Source: Octopus vulgaris (Eukaryota). From it: a stretch of DNA of 64,000 nucleotides. Both the position numbers and the translations under genes were made by a program. This document shows positions 25,766-39,171 of the stretch, one piece after another (position 1 is the first letter of the stretch; each line of letters opens with the position of its first letter). Location: positions 11,036,001-11,100,000 of the forward strand of contig OX597818.1 in NCBI GenBank assembly GCA_951406725.2, given 5' to 3'. The notes beneath the pieces were generated by a model. It was not told the origin of the DNA. It was given only the letters and a program-made list of their open reading frames with translations, and did not search any database.

Positions 25766-28609
25766 TTAGATTTGGCTACTTCTAGGTTGCCGACTTCACT
25801 ATTTCAGACTGGTCTACAGAGACCCACTGTAAATGGTATAAATTAAATAAATATGACCCCACCCTACTAGTTATGACTGCAGACATGACTAGTCTTTGTC
25901 TTGCTGATAATTATGCATATATAGTAATTTATAAAGCTTTTAGTTATGTTTTCAACTCCAATTTAATCTGGATTTTCTTTTCTTTTCTTTTTTTCTACAT
26001 TTAATTTTCCATGTTAAGTTTTTGTTGGAGGAAAGATTTTTTTTTTACTTTTGGAAAATTGTTTCTTTTGATTGGTTGCCCCATCTACTGATCACTGAGC
26101 CATGAATCAGGGAAAGTCTCGTGTTTAGCTGGCTAAATTGAAGTAAACAGAGATGTATGCCTTGCTCAAGAGTTCAACATATATGACAATGTTTGTAGTA
26201 GTACACCACACGATAACATCATATCAATTAGTTCAAATATTTACTTCAGCATAGGAACAAGGCCCAAATATTTTGAGGGAGGGATCAGTCAATTAATAAG
26301 ACTTATTTATCAACTTTAGGAGGATCAAAGCCTGAAAAGAATCCTGTTGGGATTGGAATTCATTACATAGAGGATGTAACTAAATACTAGAAGACAGCAT
26401 GCCCAATGTTTCTGTTGATTCAACTTATACCATTGAATCTAAAAATTGAAATATCAAATCATAGAGAAAGACAGAAGTGGTACCAGAATTTTATTTAGAC
26501 CAATATATGTTTTCCTTTGACAAAACTGGCCTATCAAAAGCTTTAATTGTGAGATAAAATCATTCTCCCAGTTTAACACTACTACTTGGTTCATGGATGC
26601 TTTTAGTGGAATCTACTTTGTTTCAAGAATTCTGGCTTGGATTATAATCTGAGGATATCTTCCTCCCTTTTGACCGTTTGTCTTGAAGGCCCTAAAGAAT
26701 ATCATGAGCATTATCTTTCTTCCTTCCCTGACTAAACCATAAAATAACTGTTTCTGATTTAAGTACAAGTTGAAGTGGGGTTGTGATCAGTATCATTGAC
26801 TCCAGTACTAGTCTGGTAGTTTATTTTATCGGCCCTGGAGGGATGAAAGCAATGTTAACCTTGGCAGGATTTGGGCTCATAATGTGTAGACCCAAAGCAG
26901 TATTACAAGCCATTTTATCTGATGCTCTAATGATTTCTGCCAGTTTGAGCCTTAAAAAGAATAGAATGATTAAAAATAAATCCTTATTATATTTTAGCAT
27001 TATTATTAACTGTGGGGAGCAAGTGAATATTACTTCTTAACATTTCCTATTAAAATCAGATGCACTGTGCCGTATCTCAAGAAAATGATTAGCCTCAAGT
27101 CAGTCCTAATCAAACACATTTGTAATCAAAGATATTTCAGCCCATCTCTTTATTTCCTTTCTATAATTTCATTTACATCTTAGGTGTGCTTTAGGAATTG
27201 ACTCCAGTAGTTGAACAGATACATTATTCCATCAACCTTAAAAGGATTAAGGCTAAATTGACCTCAATGACATTGAAATTTAGAACATAAAATGCCATTA
27301 CTGAATACCACAGGTACATTATCAGATGTAGTTAAAATTCTACCATTTTACCACCAGCTCTCTTCTTCAGATGCTGGGCATTTATATTACCTGATATTCA
27401 TTTTTTTAAAGATGGCACTGTGGTTTGGAAGAGATTTTCTGCTATTTCTTGTTTGTTGAGCAATTGTATAAAGATGCTTTCAGGTTGTCATCTCTATTTC
27501 TCTTATTGATTAACCACTAATTCAGTCCTGATCCTACAAACCTACCTATGATCAAAGACATTTCTATCTTGATCACCGATATTTTTTCTTCAGACACAAT
27601 GTCCATAGTGTTTTATTTTAAAACTGGAGAGTGTGATTTGAGGATAGATTTAGTTGCTACTTCTAACTGGTTGAGTGACTATTGCAGAGCAGGTATAAGA
27701 ACTTTTTAGTACCTGGGGTTATTTGCAAAGTACATAAGAACCTATGGAGATTCATGTGAGTGAAAAAAAAAAAAAAATAATAATCATTAATTTTATAAAT
27801 TTCTATGTCTTCATATCAAATTACTGTTTTGGTCTTGGAGCTTAAATATTTTTCCATAGAAGTTTTTCTAATGTCACCTGCAATCAGTTTCTTATTTCAA
27901 TACAGGTAAGAAGATTCCCACACCTGATATAAAGGCTTTCTCATTAGTTCATCACTATTATTATTGGAACCATACAGAGGTAGAAATGTTAAAGTAAAAG
28001 ACAAAGTGGTTTTAGTTCTCTGTTGTGCACACAAACTCATCAGTGCAGTGTATTATGTTTTACAATGATGGGATGTTGACCTAATGTTCCAAGATTCTTC
28101 ACCTGATGAAGGATGTTTCCCACATCCTTTTTATATTTCAGCAATACAAGCAAACATTCAATGTTCTACGGTGTTGCTATTGCTTTCAGTTCTGAGTTAT
28201 ACTAACCTATAGCACCCAATCACTGATGATAAACTTGGCTACCACTAACACACGCATTCATCAATTCAACTATGCATATATATACATATACACACGCATG
28301 CAATAGGCTTTCATTCAGATTCTGTCTATCTAATTTCACTGATGTGTGTGTTTGTGTGTAACCTTGTCTAGACATTATGTGATGATACTAAACGTGCATC
28401 ATCCTCATATGAGCTACATTGTTTGTTTCTAGATTTCCATGAAAAACATGTCTAGCTGTGAAGAAACATTACCTTAGTTACACATGAGGGTTGGCAACAG
28501 GAAAGGCATCCAGCTGTAGAAAATCTACCTTAACAATTTTTTTTTGATCCATGTAAGCATAGAATAGTGGATAATAAATGATAAAGGTGATGGATGATAT
28601 ATGTATCTA

Positions 28610-29230
28610 TTCTTTTATTTGTTTCAGTCATTTGACTGTGGCCATGCTGGAGTACTGCCTTGAGCGGTTTTAGTTGAACAAATCAACCCCAGGACTCATT
28701 TCTTAAGCCTAGTTCTTATTCTATCAGTCTCTTTTGCTGAACTGCTCAATTATGGTGGCGTAAACACACCAATCATGGTTGTCAAGCACTGATGTGGGGG
28801 ACAAACATAGACACAAAAACACACATACATACATGTATACACATATAATTATATATATATGATGGGCTTCTTTCAGTTCCCGCCTACCAGATCCACTCGC
28901 AAGGCTTTGGTTGGCTTGAGGCTGTTGTAGAAGACAATTGCCCAAGGTGTCATGCAATGGGACTGAACCTGGAACCATGTGGTTGGGAAGCAAACTTCTT
29001 ACCACACAGTCACTCCTGCTTGTTTTTATCATTGGCTTGCTGCCAATGATTAAACAGTACTTATTTCTATTATTCTTACACCAAAGCACTAAGCTACAGG
29101 GACATAAACAAATCATTGACTGGCCCAGGGCTATGGTAGCTGGCATCTGCCCAAGGTACCACACTATGGGTGTGAACTTGAAACCACATAGCTGCAAAAC
29201 AAGCTTCTTAACTACACAGCCATGCTGGCC
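28610..29230 (-). mobile_element. SINE family A, full copy plus an adjacent partial copy
   Basis: 28610-29020 is full length and 29030-29230 is an internally deleted copy. Confidence 0.82.
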
Positions 29231-31400
29231 AGCACTTGTATGTACATATAAATTAAATATTTATTATCCAATGTGCACGTATGAACATTCCATCACACAC
29301 GAATACAATTTAAGACAGCCACATTTTCTATGTTACCTACTCTGATGTCCGACTTCTCTGACTCTTTAACAAACAGGACAGCTTGTATATATATATTGAA
29401 ACAGATGCTCTTTCTTCTCATGAACCTCCACTTAGCTAACTTTACTACCTCTCTCCTACTTCATATCAAAGAAATCTGTCAGGTCAGTGAGATGTTGATG
29501 CCATCATATATATATGTGTGTGTGTGTGTATGTATCTAAGTATGTATTTATCTTTGGTATAGAATACTTGATTGAAATGTTAATTTAATATGTCAGTCTT
29601 GGACAGGAAATTAATTTTCTTCATTAGTTTTCATAATCCAGGAAAGCATGATTCGACTAACCATACTGTAGACCCGCCTGTCCATTATTATCCTGCAATT
29701 ATGACTGGTCAGGGGTAGTGGTGGTGTTAATGAAGTTGGCAGTTGTGGTGGTGGCGGCGGTGGTGATGCTCGTTGTTGTTGTTGTAGTATTGGTTTAGGT
29801 TGGGGTGGTAGTCATTGCTGTAATGCTAGTGGACATGGCAGTGTGGGAGGTGATGTTTGAGTTGGTTATATAGCTTTGGAGGATTATGATAACAACAACC
29901 AACACTGAAGATGGAGTTGGTGGTGTGGTGATGGTGATGAAAATGGCAGAAGTCTTTCTGGTGGTGAGTGTTTGGTGTAGAGATTGTGTAAGAGCTTTAT
30001 TCAATATCAGAAAACAGAAATATTTCCTGCTCTTATACAAGTTCACAGTGTGTATACGCAAGGGTCACTACATTAATTTTTCCGTGTATATGTGCGTGCA
30101 TGCATGCATGCACATACATGCATATGTATGTGTATGTTTGTGTATGTGTGCATGCATGTTTGTGTATGTGTGCATGCATGTATGTGTGTGTATGTGTATG
30201 TGTCTTTGTTTATGGTAATGTATTTTGCATATCTGTCAACATGTCTTTAAAACTGTAATGTTCATCAGCATAATAATGAAGGGGTGGTAGTGGTGGAAAT
30301 CATATTTATCAATGGTCCTAGTGGCAGCATTATTGATGATGATGATGATGATGAAGGCATGGTGGAAATTCTATTTATTAATAATATTGGTGATGGCGAT
30401 GTCACCAATTACGATGTGTTGGGAGGGGGTGTGTATGTTTTCGTAATTAACTTGATTGTTCAATTCATATTTAATTTCAGTGACTTCCTCTTGTCTCTCT
30501 TTTCTCTCCTCTATCCCATTATAACTCTCTATCTCCCTAGCACCCTCTTTTCCTCTTTCTCTTCTATGTTTTCTTGCTAAACAAGAAGCCCAAGAGGGGA
30601 ACTTCTGTTGTGGTGAGTGAACCTGGTTGAAATAGCAACCAAATCTCCCTCAAATCCCGCCTTGCCATTAAAATACATGTGATATATTTAATAATGTAGT
30701 TTGTCCTTGATAAACTATTATTGAAGTAAATAAAAAGTGTTCAGTTTGGAATGCCTTTGATTATAACTCAGATCAGTGAAAGCTAAACTAACCTTGAGTT
30801 AACCTAGAATAGCAGCAGCATGGCTATCATCATCATTTAATGTCTGTTTTCCATGCTGGCATGAATGGGACTGCTGGACAGGAATTGGCAAGGCCAGGGG
30901 CTGCACAAGGTTCCATAGTCTGTTTTGGTTTGATTTCTATCGATGGATGCCCTTCCTAATGCCAACCACTCTACAAAGTGTATTGGGTGATTTTTACGTG
31001 GCAGCAGCACTTGCACAAATGTTTTTTAAATGGCACTTTGGTTTTAGGATCTCAATTCTGTTGTGATGGGTGGGTCTTTTTGAGTACAGCAGCAATGTGT
31101 CATATATTTCAGTCCTCTGTCATCTCCTTTGTAAGGTTCAGCACTTTGAGGTCAACCAGATGTTATGTCATGTAAATAACAACATTCGACACAGATATGT
31201 AATGTGACTACACCACAATGATGATGGTGGTGGTAGTGGTGCTGCTGCCAGGTCAACACTGGTTTAGCTAACCTATGATCAAAAGCATTCCAGTCACTTT
31301 CTTTGTGAAATGCTATGCATACAGAACCACTCTATTGTTTTTTAAATGATAAGTGGGAGATTTGGCTGTTATTACTTGAAAGTTGAGAGACTACTGAGAG

Positions 31401-31940
31401 CAGTGGTTCTCAAACTTTTAAAAACTTTTACTTGTCTCCTTACAGTTTTCCCGATGACTCACAGTAGGATAATCAACATGGAAAAAATGATATACATTCA
31501 TGTACCATAATTTCCAGACTATGAACCTCACTACCCATAGATCCACAACTTAATCCAGGCAATGTCTCATTGGGACACAATAAATGCACATGAACATATG
31601 GGGAATCAGTTGATGAGTTGGTTACAAAACAAATGAGAAGCAAAAAATACCGACAGCACATGTACAATCAACCATTATACCTGCATATTTTCTGTCGGTC
31701 AATGACACTTGTTTACAACAAATGTGATTAGCAAATGAGTGTGTAGGAGTAGCATGGGTTTTTTGAGGCCAATGACAAAAAAGGGTGATAGCATGTGAAA
31801 AATTGGAAGTCTTAAGTTTTTTAAACTTAACTGTCTCAAGCCACCCTGTTTTCACAATACTTCAGCATCCCTTCACAGTCTCCTTAAAATCACTTCATGG
31901 TCCCATAGGGGATCATGGACCCCCAGTTTAAGAACCACTG
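31401..31940. mobile_element. hAT (Charlie-like) non-autonomous transposon
   Basis: TIRs are cagtggttctcaaact and agtttaagaaccactg. The 8-bp TSD is actgagag/acttagag (7/8 match). Confidence 0.88.
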
Positions 31941-32174
31941 ACTTAGAGGCTGTCTTGTAGATAACAGGTCACATATTGTAATTATGGTATGACCCACAAA
32001 TCAGCAATCTGGGTCCATTGTAATGCAAGCAGTTATTGTGTAGCCTTAGATGACTCTCAACAGTTTTATATATATATGTGTGTAGTGGTACTAGTGTATA
32101 TAATACAATAAACCAATTAATTTTAATTAATTGTATATGGAATGCAATGGGAAATAATTGTAATCTTTAACTGT

Positions 32175-32582
32175 ATCTTTTATTTTTTATTTGTTTTAGT
32201 CATCTGACTGTGGCCATGCTGGGGCACTATCTTGAAAGTTTTTAGGCAAACAAATCAACCCAGTACTTTTTTTAAAGCCTGGTACTTATTCTATTAGTCT
32301 CTCTTGTTGAACTGCTAAGTAACAGGGATGTAAACAAACTAACACTGGTTGTCAAAACAGAGATGGGGGACAAACACAGACACAACACACACCACACATA
32401 GATATATGTATACATATATATGATGGGCTTCTTTCAGTTTCCATCTACCAAATCCACTCACAAGGCTTTGATCAGCCTAAGGCTATTGTAGAAGACACTT
32501 GCCCAGGGTATCATGCAATGAGACTGAACCTGGAACCATGTGGTTAGGAACCAAACTGCTTACCACACAGCCACGCCTGTGT
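32175..32582 (-). mobile_element. SINE family A
   Basis: Reverse-complement homology to 12600-13001. Confidence 0.85.
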
Positions 32583-32950
32583 CTATGGTGAAAACTCTGT
32601 ACTTGTTTTGGTGTGAGATCTTTACATAGTTGCTCAGTGTGCTAAAACTCACAGCCATTTCCTTGATGTTGTACTCTACTGTTTTGAAAAAAGAAAGGAC
32701 ATATAGGAAGATATATATATATATATATATAATAATAATAAATATTAGGGAATAAATCCAAACTTACAGGGAAAAATCAGATTTAGGATAGAATCCAATT
32801 TTATAGTAAAATATTATATTATATTAAATTAGAGACAAAACCACTATTAGGCAAATCAAACAATGAAAAACTCAATCCAATACATAAGATTATTTAATTT
32901 ATATTATTTAAATATATAACAAAATTATTAAAAAAATATAATTAATATCA

Positions 32951-33014
32951 CACTACGATCGGTTCATGCCTGCTAACATCTTCAAATTTTTGAGTCGCAG
33001 TCATTCATCAGGTG
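32951..33014 (-). ncRNA. Hammerhead ribozyme motif (decayed) in a PLE-like terminal repeat
   Basis: The minus strand reads cac-CTGATGA-atgactgc...gcaggcat-GAACC-GATC-GTA-gtg. It has a palindromic GATC loop III and a single A>C change in GAAA. It lies within an AT-rich element at about 32740-33050 bounded by (TA)n. Confidence 0.72.
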
Positions 33015-33065
33015 GTTTAAATATTTATCTTGGCGAGGTTTAAACAATGAACTATATATATATAT

Positions 33066-33345
33066 GAAGGCACATGGCTCAGTGGTTAGAGCATCGAGCT
33101 TACAATCGTGAGGTTGTGAGCTCGAATCACGTTGCTCCAGTTCACTTGGCTGTAGAAATGAGTTGCAACATCATAGGTGTCAAGCTTTCCTTTGGATAAC
33201 ACTGGTGCCGTAGAGAGGGGAGGCCAGTATGCATGGGCAACTGCTTGTCTTCCATAAACAACCTTGCCTGGACTTGTGCCTGGGAAGGTAACTTTCTATG
33301 TGCAATCCCATGGTCTGTGTCGTGACCGAAGGGGATCTCAGAATA
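33066..33345 (+). mobile_element. tRNA-headed SINE family D
   Basis: The head is gaaggcacatggctcagtggttagagc...tcgaatc. The body is homologous to the reverse copy at about 5190-5475. Related heads occur at 35085-35385(+), 21720-21935(-) and 48905-49240(+). Confidence 0.75.
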
Positions 33346-34209
33346 TATATATATTATGTATGAAAATGTATTAAAATGATAAGAAAATCTTTGAGTATAA
33401 ACCTTCTCAGTCAGAACTAACCTGGGGTTAAACAACAAGATCTATTTAATTAAATAACAAAGAAAACTTTTTAATAGTGATCACAGTTTAAATATTTTCA
33501 TTCAATCAAATATAAGCTTCAAAAACAAAATGAAGAAATTCTACATGAATCAATTAATAAAATTTTGTTTGGAAATGGTCCCTGGGGAGGACTGTTAATT
33601 TGTGCTTAGAATAAAATAGTGCAAATATTGAAAGAGAAGTAGGGGAAAATGTTTTGTAAATGACAAAGAGTAGAAAGGCGGAACAACAGTGTGTTTGTTT
33701 ACATCTCTTGTAAACAATACATACCATAGCTTGATAGTTTCATCGATTTCCAGTGAAGAGCCAGTGAAATATAAATATCTTACTTGAGAAAGCAAGTTGG
33801 TGACAGAAGGGGCATCCAAACATCAAACATTGTTTCAATAAATTTCATCCAACTCAAGACTGTACGAGAAAAAGAGCAAGCCCAAAAATGATTTTGAATA
33901 GACACTGGTGTGTGTGTGTAACAGTTTGATAGATTTTTGATCTGTCATTCAGTAGTAGGGTGCCTGTTGGTGCTGAAGCCCAAATTACACTGAAATCATG
34001 TGATACAACAAAGTTGTCTGACTGTGCTGATGAAGTTTTGTCTGCCGATATAATCTGTTCTTTTTTAACACTTAACATCTATACATGGTGATTTCTCAAA
34101 ACGATTGCCACAGCCTAAAGTGTTTAAAACAACACATCCAAGTTATGTAGGATGTGCAAACTGATATTTGCTACAAAGGTCGTTTTGGTCTTTAATCTAT
34201 CTATCTATC

Positions 34210-34276
<67 letters not shown>

Positions 34277-34650
34277 CTTCATATCAAGGAAGCTCTACTG
34301 ATCCACTGCCTTAACCCCAAAATCAGTAGTCGATTGGAGATGGACTGGTGGCTACTATGAATACATTATGGTGGCTATGACCAACATCATAACATACACC
34401 ACTACTACCACATAAAAATATGTCACAATGACCATGACCAACAGCTGGAGAGTTACTGCTGTTAACCGAAACACTGAGAAGCTTAAAATAAAATAAGGAG
34501 GTCAGTGTAAATGCACATTTCTTGGACTACTTCCTTCTGAAGATGGGCCTTTGCGCCCAGAATATTGAGTTTTTTTTGTTTTCTTTGTAAAACTTTCTGC
34601 ATTGTTGGAAGCTTTCTTTACTTCCCTTCCCTTTCATTTTCTACATATAT
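34277..34650 (+). mobile_element. 3' end of a second Penelope-like element (endonuclease tail plus pLTR with decayed hammerhead)
   Basis: Directly after (TA)n it reads LHIKEALLIHCLNPKIS, matching the PLE endonuclease C-terminal IKEAxxI...P.LN motif. Downstream is CTGAAGA-TGGGC/GCCCA-GAAT at 34537-34563. Confidence 0.65.
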
Positions 34651-35382
34651 GTACACATAGAGAGAGAGAGAGAAAATGGGGAACAAACAAAATGTGGAGT
34701 GAATGAGAAATTAAAGAATCAAGATGTAAGATGTTGGTGAAATGGTTGAAAAGAAAAGATAATAGATATGTTAGGATCACTAACAGGAATCCAGTTGTAT
34801 GCAGCATCTTGCTTTGCCTGAAACATTTACCTACACACTTTATTCCATTACATTTAAATTAATATATTTTCTCAGAAAACAATCTTCTATTAATTCACTA
34901 ATGAGTTAGATATCTTCTTCAAAGGATACATATATTAAATGAGAACATATGTGTGCCACCTGCTCAATGCCTTTAGACCATTAAACCAGGAGGTGGGTTG
35001 GTAGATGGTGGTTCAGTGCTTTTTCCCTTTCACTCACTTACTCTCTCTCTCTTTTCCCCTTTTATTTATATATGTATGTATATGAAGGTGCATGGCTTAG
35101 TGGTTAGGGTGTTGTGCTCACAACTGTGAGATCATGGTTTTAATTCTCAGACCAGGCATTGCATTGTGTTGTTGAGCAAAACACTTCATTTCAAGTTGCT
35201 CTACAATCAATTCGTCATCTGACATGTAGCACATGTTGCACCTGTGCAGGTAATGTCAATCTGATGGAGGGAGTGAGCTTATGTGAACACAAACATTTGA
35301 TTTCTATAAACAAATCATTTGTATGGTTATTCAGCAAGAAATTGCAGAATCCTCATACATCATCTAAGGATGGGCGAGTCCA

Positions 35383-35426
<44 letters not shown>

Positions 35427-36676
35427 GTTTCTCTCTGTTATTTTGTTTATTTTAGTCTATATATTATTGCTATAAAATTTGTTTAATCACAGTTTTGTTT
35501 TCAACTTTGACATAGTTTGGGTTGGATTGGTCTACAACTTAACAAAAATGTTACTTTTCCCCAATTTTGCATCATAAGTTGTATTACCCTTATATATTGA
35601 AATATAACTTTATCCTTTTATCATCATCTTTAGCAGGTGCATCATCATCACCATTTTCTCTTCCAGTTTCCAAGGTCCCCTTTCATGACAAGCATCTTTT
35701 TCTCTTACCACACAAGACTTAATAAACATGTCATAATTACCAATTTACCAAAAAATGACTCTGTTTTAGACTTTACTGTTTTTTTGCCACCTCCCATCTT
35801 ATAGTAGCTTTACACAAGTTAAAGCAGAACCATCTACAAGGTCACTACCTGTTAGAAACAGTAACTAAATCCCCCTCAAATCACACCTGTTAAGGACTCC
35901 CAGATGTCTCATAAGATTATGGATCTGCATTTGGATATTTCTTCTTCAAATGTACTCTTTGGTTACTGTGTGTGTGTGTGTGTGTTTCCATGTGCATGTT
36001 TGTATGGGTATACATACATAAAGCCAATAGTTTCTCATGTAAATCTCTCCTCTCTGTGTCACTGATGTTGTCCATCTGAAAGTTATGAGCCAACTCACCT
36101 CAGCACTTATCTCATCTCAAGCATTGCATGAGAATGCCAACAACCAAAACAAATGTTGCAAGACAGGCAGGTTAACACACTGCTAATTCAACCAGTCCAC
36201 TGCCTTGGACTTTTGCTTTATTCATCAAACCCCAAAAGGATAAAAGGTTAATATGACCTCAGCAGGGTTTAAATAAAGTCTACATAGAAGATAGAAATTC
36301 TGTTATTGGTTCATCTAGAAATTTTTGTTGTTTACTATTAGTGTTTGCTCTCAATGAGTAGAACTAGCTGTGACTATTTCTATTTTGACAGAGTCCATTA
36401 TTAGCTCATCTCAGAACTGTTCAATAATTTGAGCTGTTTTGTAGTGCCAAATTAAAACCCCCCAACAGAATATAATGACTACACTCTTGAAAAAGATTAT
36501 ATGACATGGTAAAACAACCAGTCATACAGTGAACTCTATGTTAAAATAAAGACACTTTAAAAAGAAAATGATAAAACAGCTAGTTGTGACCTCATTGTCA
36601 AATAACACACTTTAAAAGAGTGACATTAATAGAGAGTCATTTGTGAGGTGACCTCAGTGCCTCACTACACACTCCC

Positions 36677-36858
36677 TTAACCTTTTTGTAACTATATTTC
36701 TGTTAAAATACACTGCCATTTTTCAAATTAATTTTGAAAATGGTGAAGAATTTAGTAAAATTACTTTGTCATTATTAAGCTGGTGTTTGGTACTTAAATT
36801 AACATAAAATTTTAATGGAAGATTTTTAGATTATTTTGAAACAAAGAAAAAATGTTAA
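36677..36858. mobile_element. TTAA-flanked (piggyBac-like) MITE
   Basis: TTAA occurs at both ends (36677-36680 and 36855-36858). A related sequence lies in reverse at about 14300-14570. Confidence 0.55.
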
Positions 36859-37038
36859 AAAAGGAATTACACACTGTAAAACAGTCAGTTTTGAGAGCTG
36901 ATCTCTGCCAAACTAAAGAATCCCCTCTGCTAATGGAGTAAAATAACAAAAATATCAATTACAATAGTAGTTTCTTACAAGGACAGAAATTTGAGGGATT
37001 GGGATAGTTGAGTAAATTAACCCCTGTATTTAACGAGA

Positions 37039-37520
37039 GATATACCCGTCCACACAGATAGGGAGATCAAGGCAAATTGACATAATATTGCTGTGAAGGA
37101 CACATGGGAAGAGGTGCTTCCTCACCGAAGTATCCACCCCAGCAGACAATTATAAATGTCAGTTATAAAGATCTGGATATTGAGACAACCAGAATGTGGG
37201 AACTAAACATAGAAATAATCCCTACACTGAAAAGGATTGATGGGGGTGGTGTTCTTCGGGTATTGTTAAAAATGCAGATAAGTACATAACCAAAATGCCA
37301 GGTTTTACAAATATGCACAACATAGAAAATACCACCAAAAGGCACTGCACACACATTATGCAGACATATTACCTTCAATGCACACAAATTACATATTATA
37401 TATCACTACACGACACAATAGAAAATACAAAACCAAAATAAAAACACTACACATACCCAAGGCACACAGAACTGCTCTTAGTTGTGCAGTAAAAACATGA
37501 AATAAAAAATGAACACAGAA
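37039..37520 (+). mobile_element. R4/Dong-like (restriction-like endonuclease) LINE 3' remnant
   Basis: DIPVHTDREIKAN*HNIAVKD...CFLTEVSTPADN...YKDLDIETTRMWEL...GTAHTLCR is a decayed RPD-type RLE domain. A related 3' tail lies at about 59120-59200 next to (TAA)n. Confidence 0.75.
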
Positions 37521-37989
37521 AAGAAACGACATTAAAACAGTTAGTTTGTGAGGTGAACTTGGAAGTTTTTATGTCTCCAAAATGTTACTGCTGCCACGAT
37601 CACCACCACCACCACCACCATCATCACGACGACCACCATCATCATCATCATCACAACCACTACCGTCATCATCATCATCTAGTCATAGGCATGACATTGC
37701 TTTCTACAGCATTATTAAAATTTATCACACTGTATGCACTACATTCCTTAGAATCCTATACATCATGTCAGTCCATAACTCTCTAGTGGCAAATAATTCA
37801 TTTACATGATTTCAATAGCAACATTTTGCTGTGACAGCAAACATAGCAAGGCTGTCTGTTATGCTTTGTAGTTGAGCCTAAATCTCTAGGTTTATTTAAC
37901 AAATTTGCAACTAATATGAAACCTTTATATGTATATATACATATGTGTGCGTGTATGAATGTATATGTATATATATATATATATGTATG

Positions 37990-38040
<51 letters not shown>

Positions 38041-38292
38041 TCCTCTCTCTTTGTGTTTCTCTTCCTTGGTTTCAGTATTATCTATTTTTGTTCTTGTATT
38101 GTATTTGCTTTTGCATTTCTTTCTCGTTTGCTTGTTGCATTTTTGTTTTTCTTCTTTCTCTCCTCCCTGTAACTGCCTCTGTTCTAGCGAGCAGACTTGA
38201 TGGGATCAAAGAGATTGAGTTTGAAATATTCTAATAGGCTGGAGAGACTGAAGGTTATTTATTCATTATCAATGGTTTGCCTTCCTCTCACT

Positions 38293-38355
<63 letters not shown>

Positions 38356-38464
38356 ATCCCTCTTCCTTCTAACCTCACTATCTCTCATTGCATTTTTGTC
38401 ATTTCTAATGAAAACCCAAACTAAATAATAATAATAACAACAACAACAATAATAATGATGGTGA

Positions 38465-38915
38465 TGATTCCAAATTTTGGTGCAAGGCCAGCAATTCCAT
38501 GGAGTGGGTAAATCGATTACATTAACGCCAGTGTTCAACTGGTACTTATTTTATCAACCCCGAGAGGATGAAACGTAAAATCAAACTTAGCTGAATTTGA
38601 ACTCAAAATATAAAATGGGCAAAATGCCGCTAAGCATCTTACCTGGCACGGTAGTGATTCTGCCAATTCGCCACCTTAATAATAATAATAATGATGATGA
38701 AGATTATGATTTCTAATAGGAGCATAAGGTGAGCGATTTTTGAGGGGTGGGATTTAGTTGAAACCATTGACCCCGTCTTTCACTGGTACTTCACTTTATA
38801 GACCCTGGATGGATGACAGACAAAATTGACTTCGGCAGGGATGACTCTCAGAACACAAAGGGGCCAAAATAAGTACTGCAAGGTATTTTGTCTGACACTT
38901 TAATAATTCTGCAAT
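38465..38915 (-). mobile_element. Two SINE family B copies
   Basis: 38465-38680 and a more diverged copy at 38710-38915, separated by (TAA)/(TGA) repeats. Confidence 0.78.
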
Positions 38916-39075
38916 ACATTGGCACATAGCCCCACAATTTGGAGTGAGAACTGTCAATGTAATTGGTTCAGGATTTTGATTTTATTTGTTACCCACCCAT
39001 AAGAATGAAAGGCAGAATTGGGTTTAGCAGGATGTATAGCCAAAACAATGATGATGATGACGATGACGAAGGCAG

Positions 39076-39076
<1 letters not shown>

Positions 39077-39143
<67 letters not shown>

Positions 39144-39171
39144 CGTCGTCGTCGTCGTAGTAGTAGTAGTA
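39077..39171. repeat. (AGT)n/(CGT)n trinucleotide microsatellite
   Basis: Direct reading. Confidence 0.95.

Noticed and set aside
33066-33140. tRNA gene candidates (also 35085 and 46273)
   Set aside because: A and B boxes are present but there is no complete cloverleaf, and each continues into a repeated SINE body.
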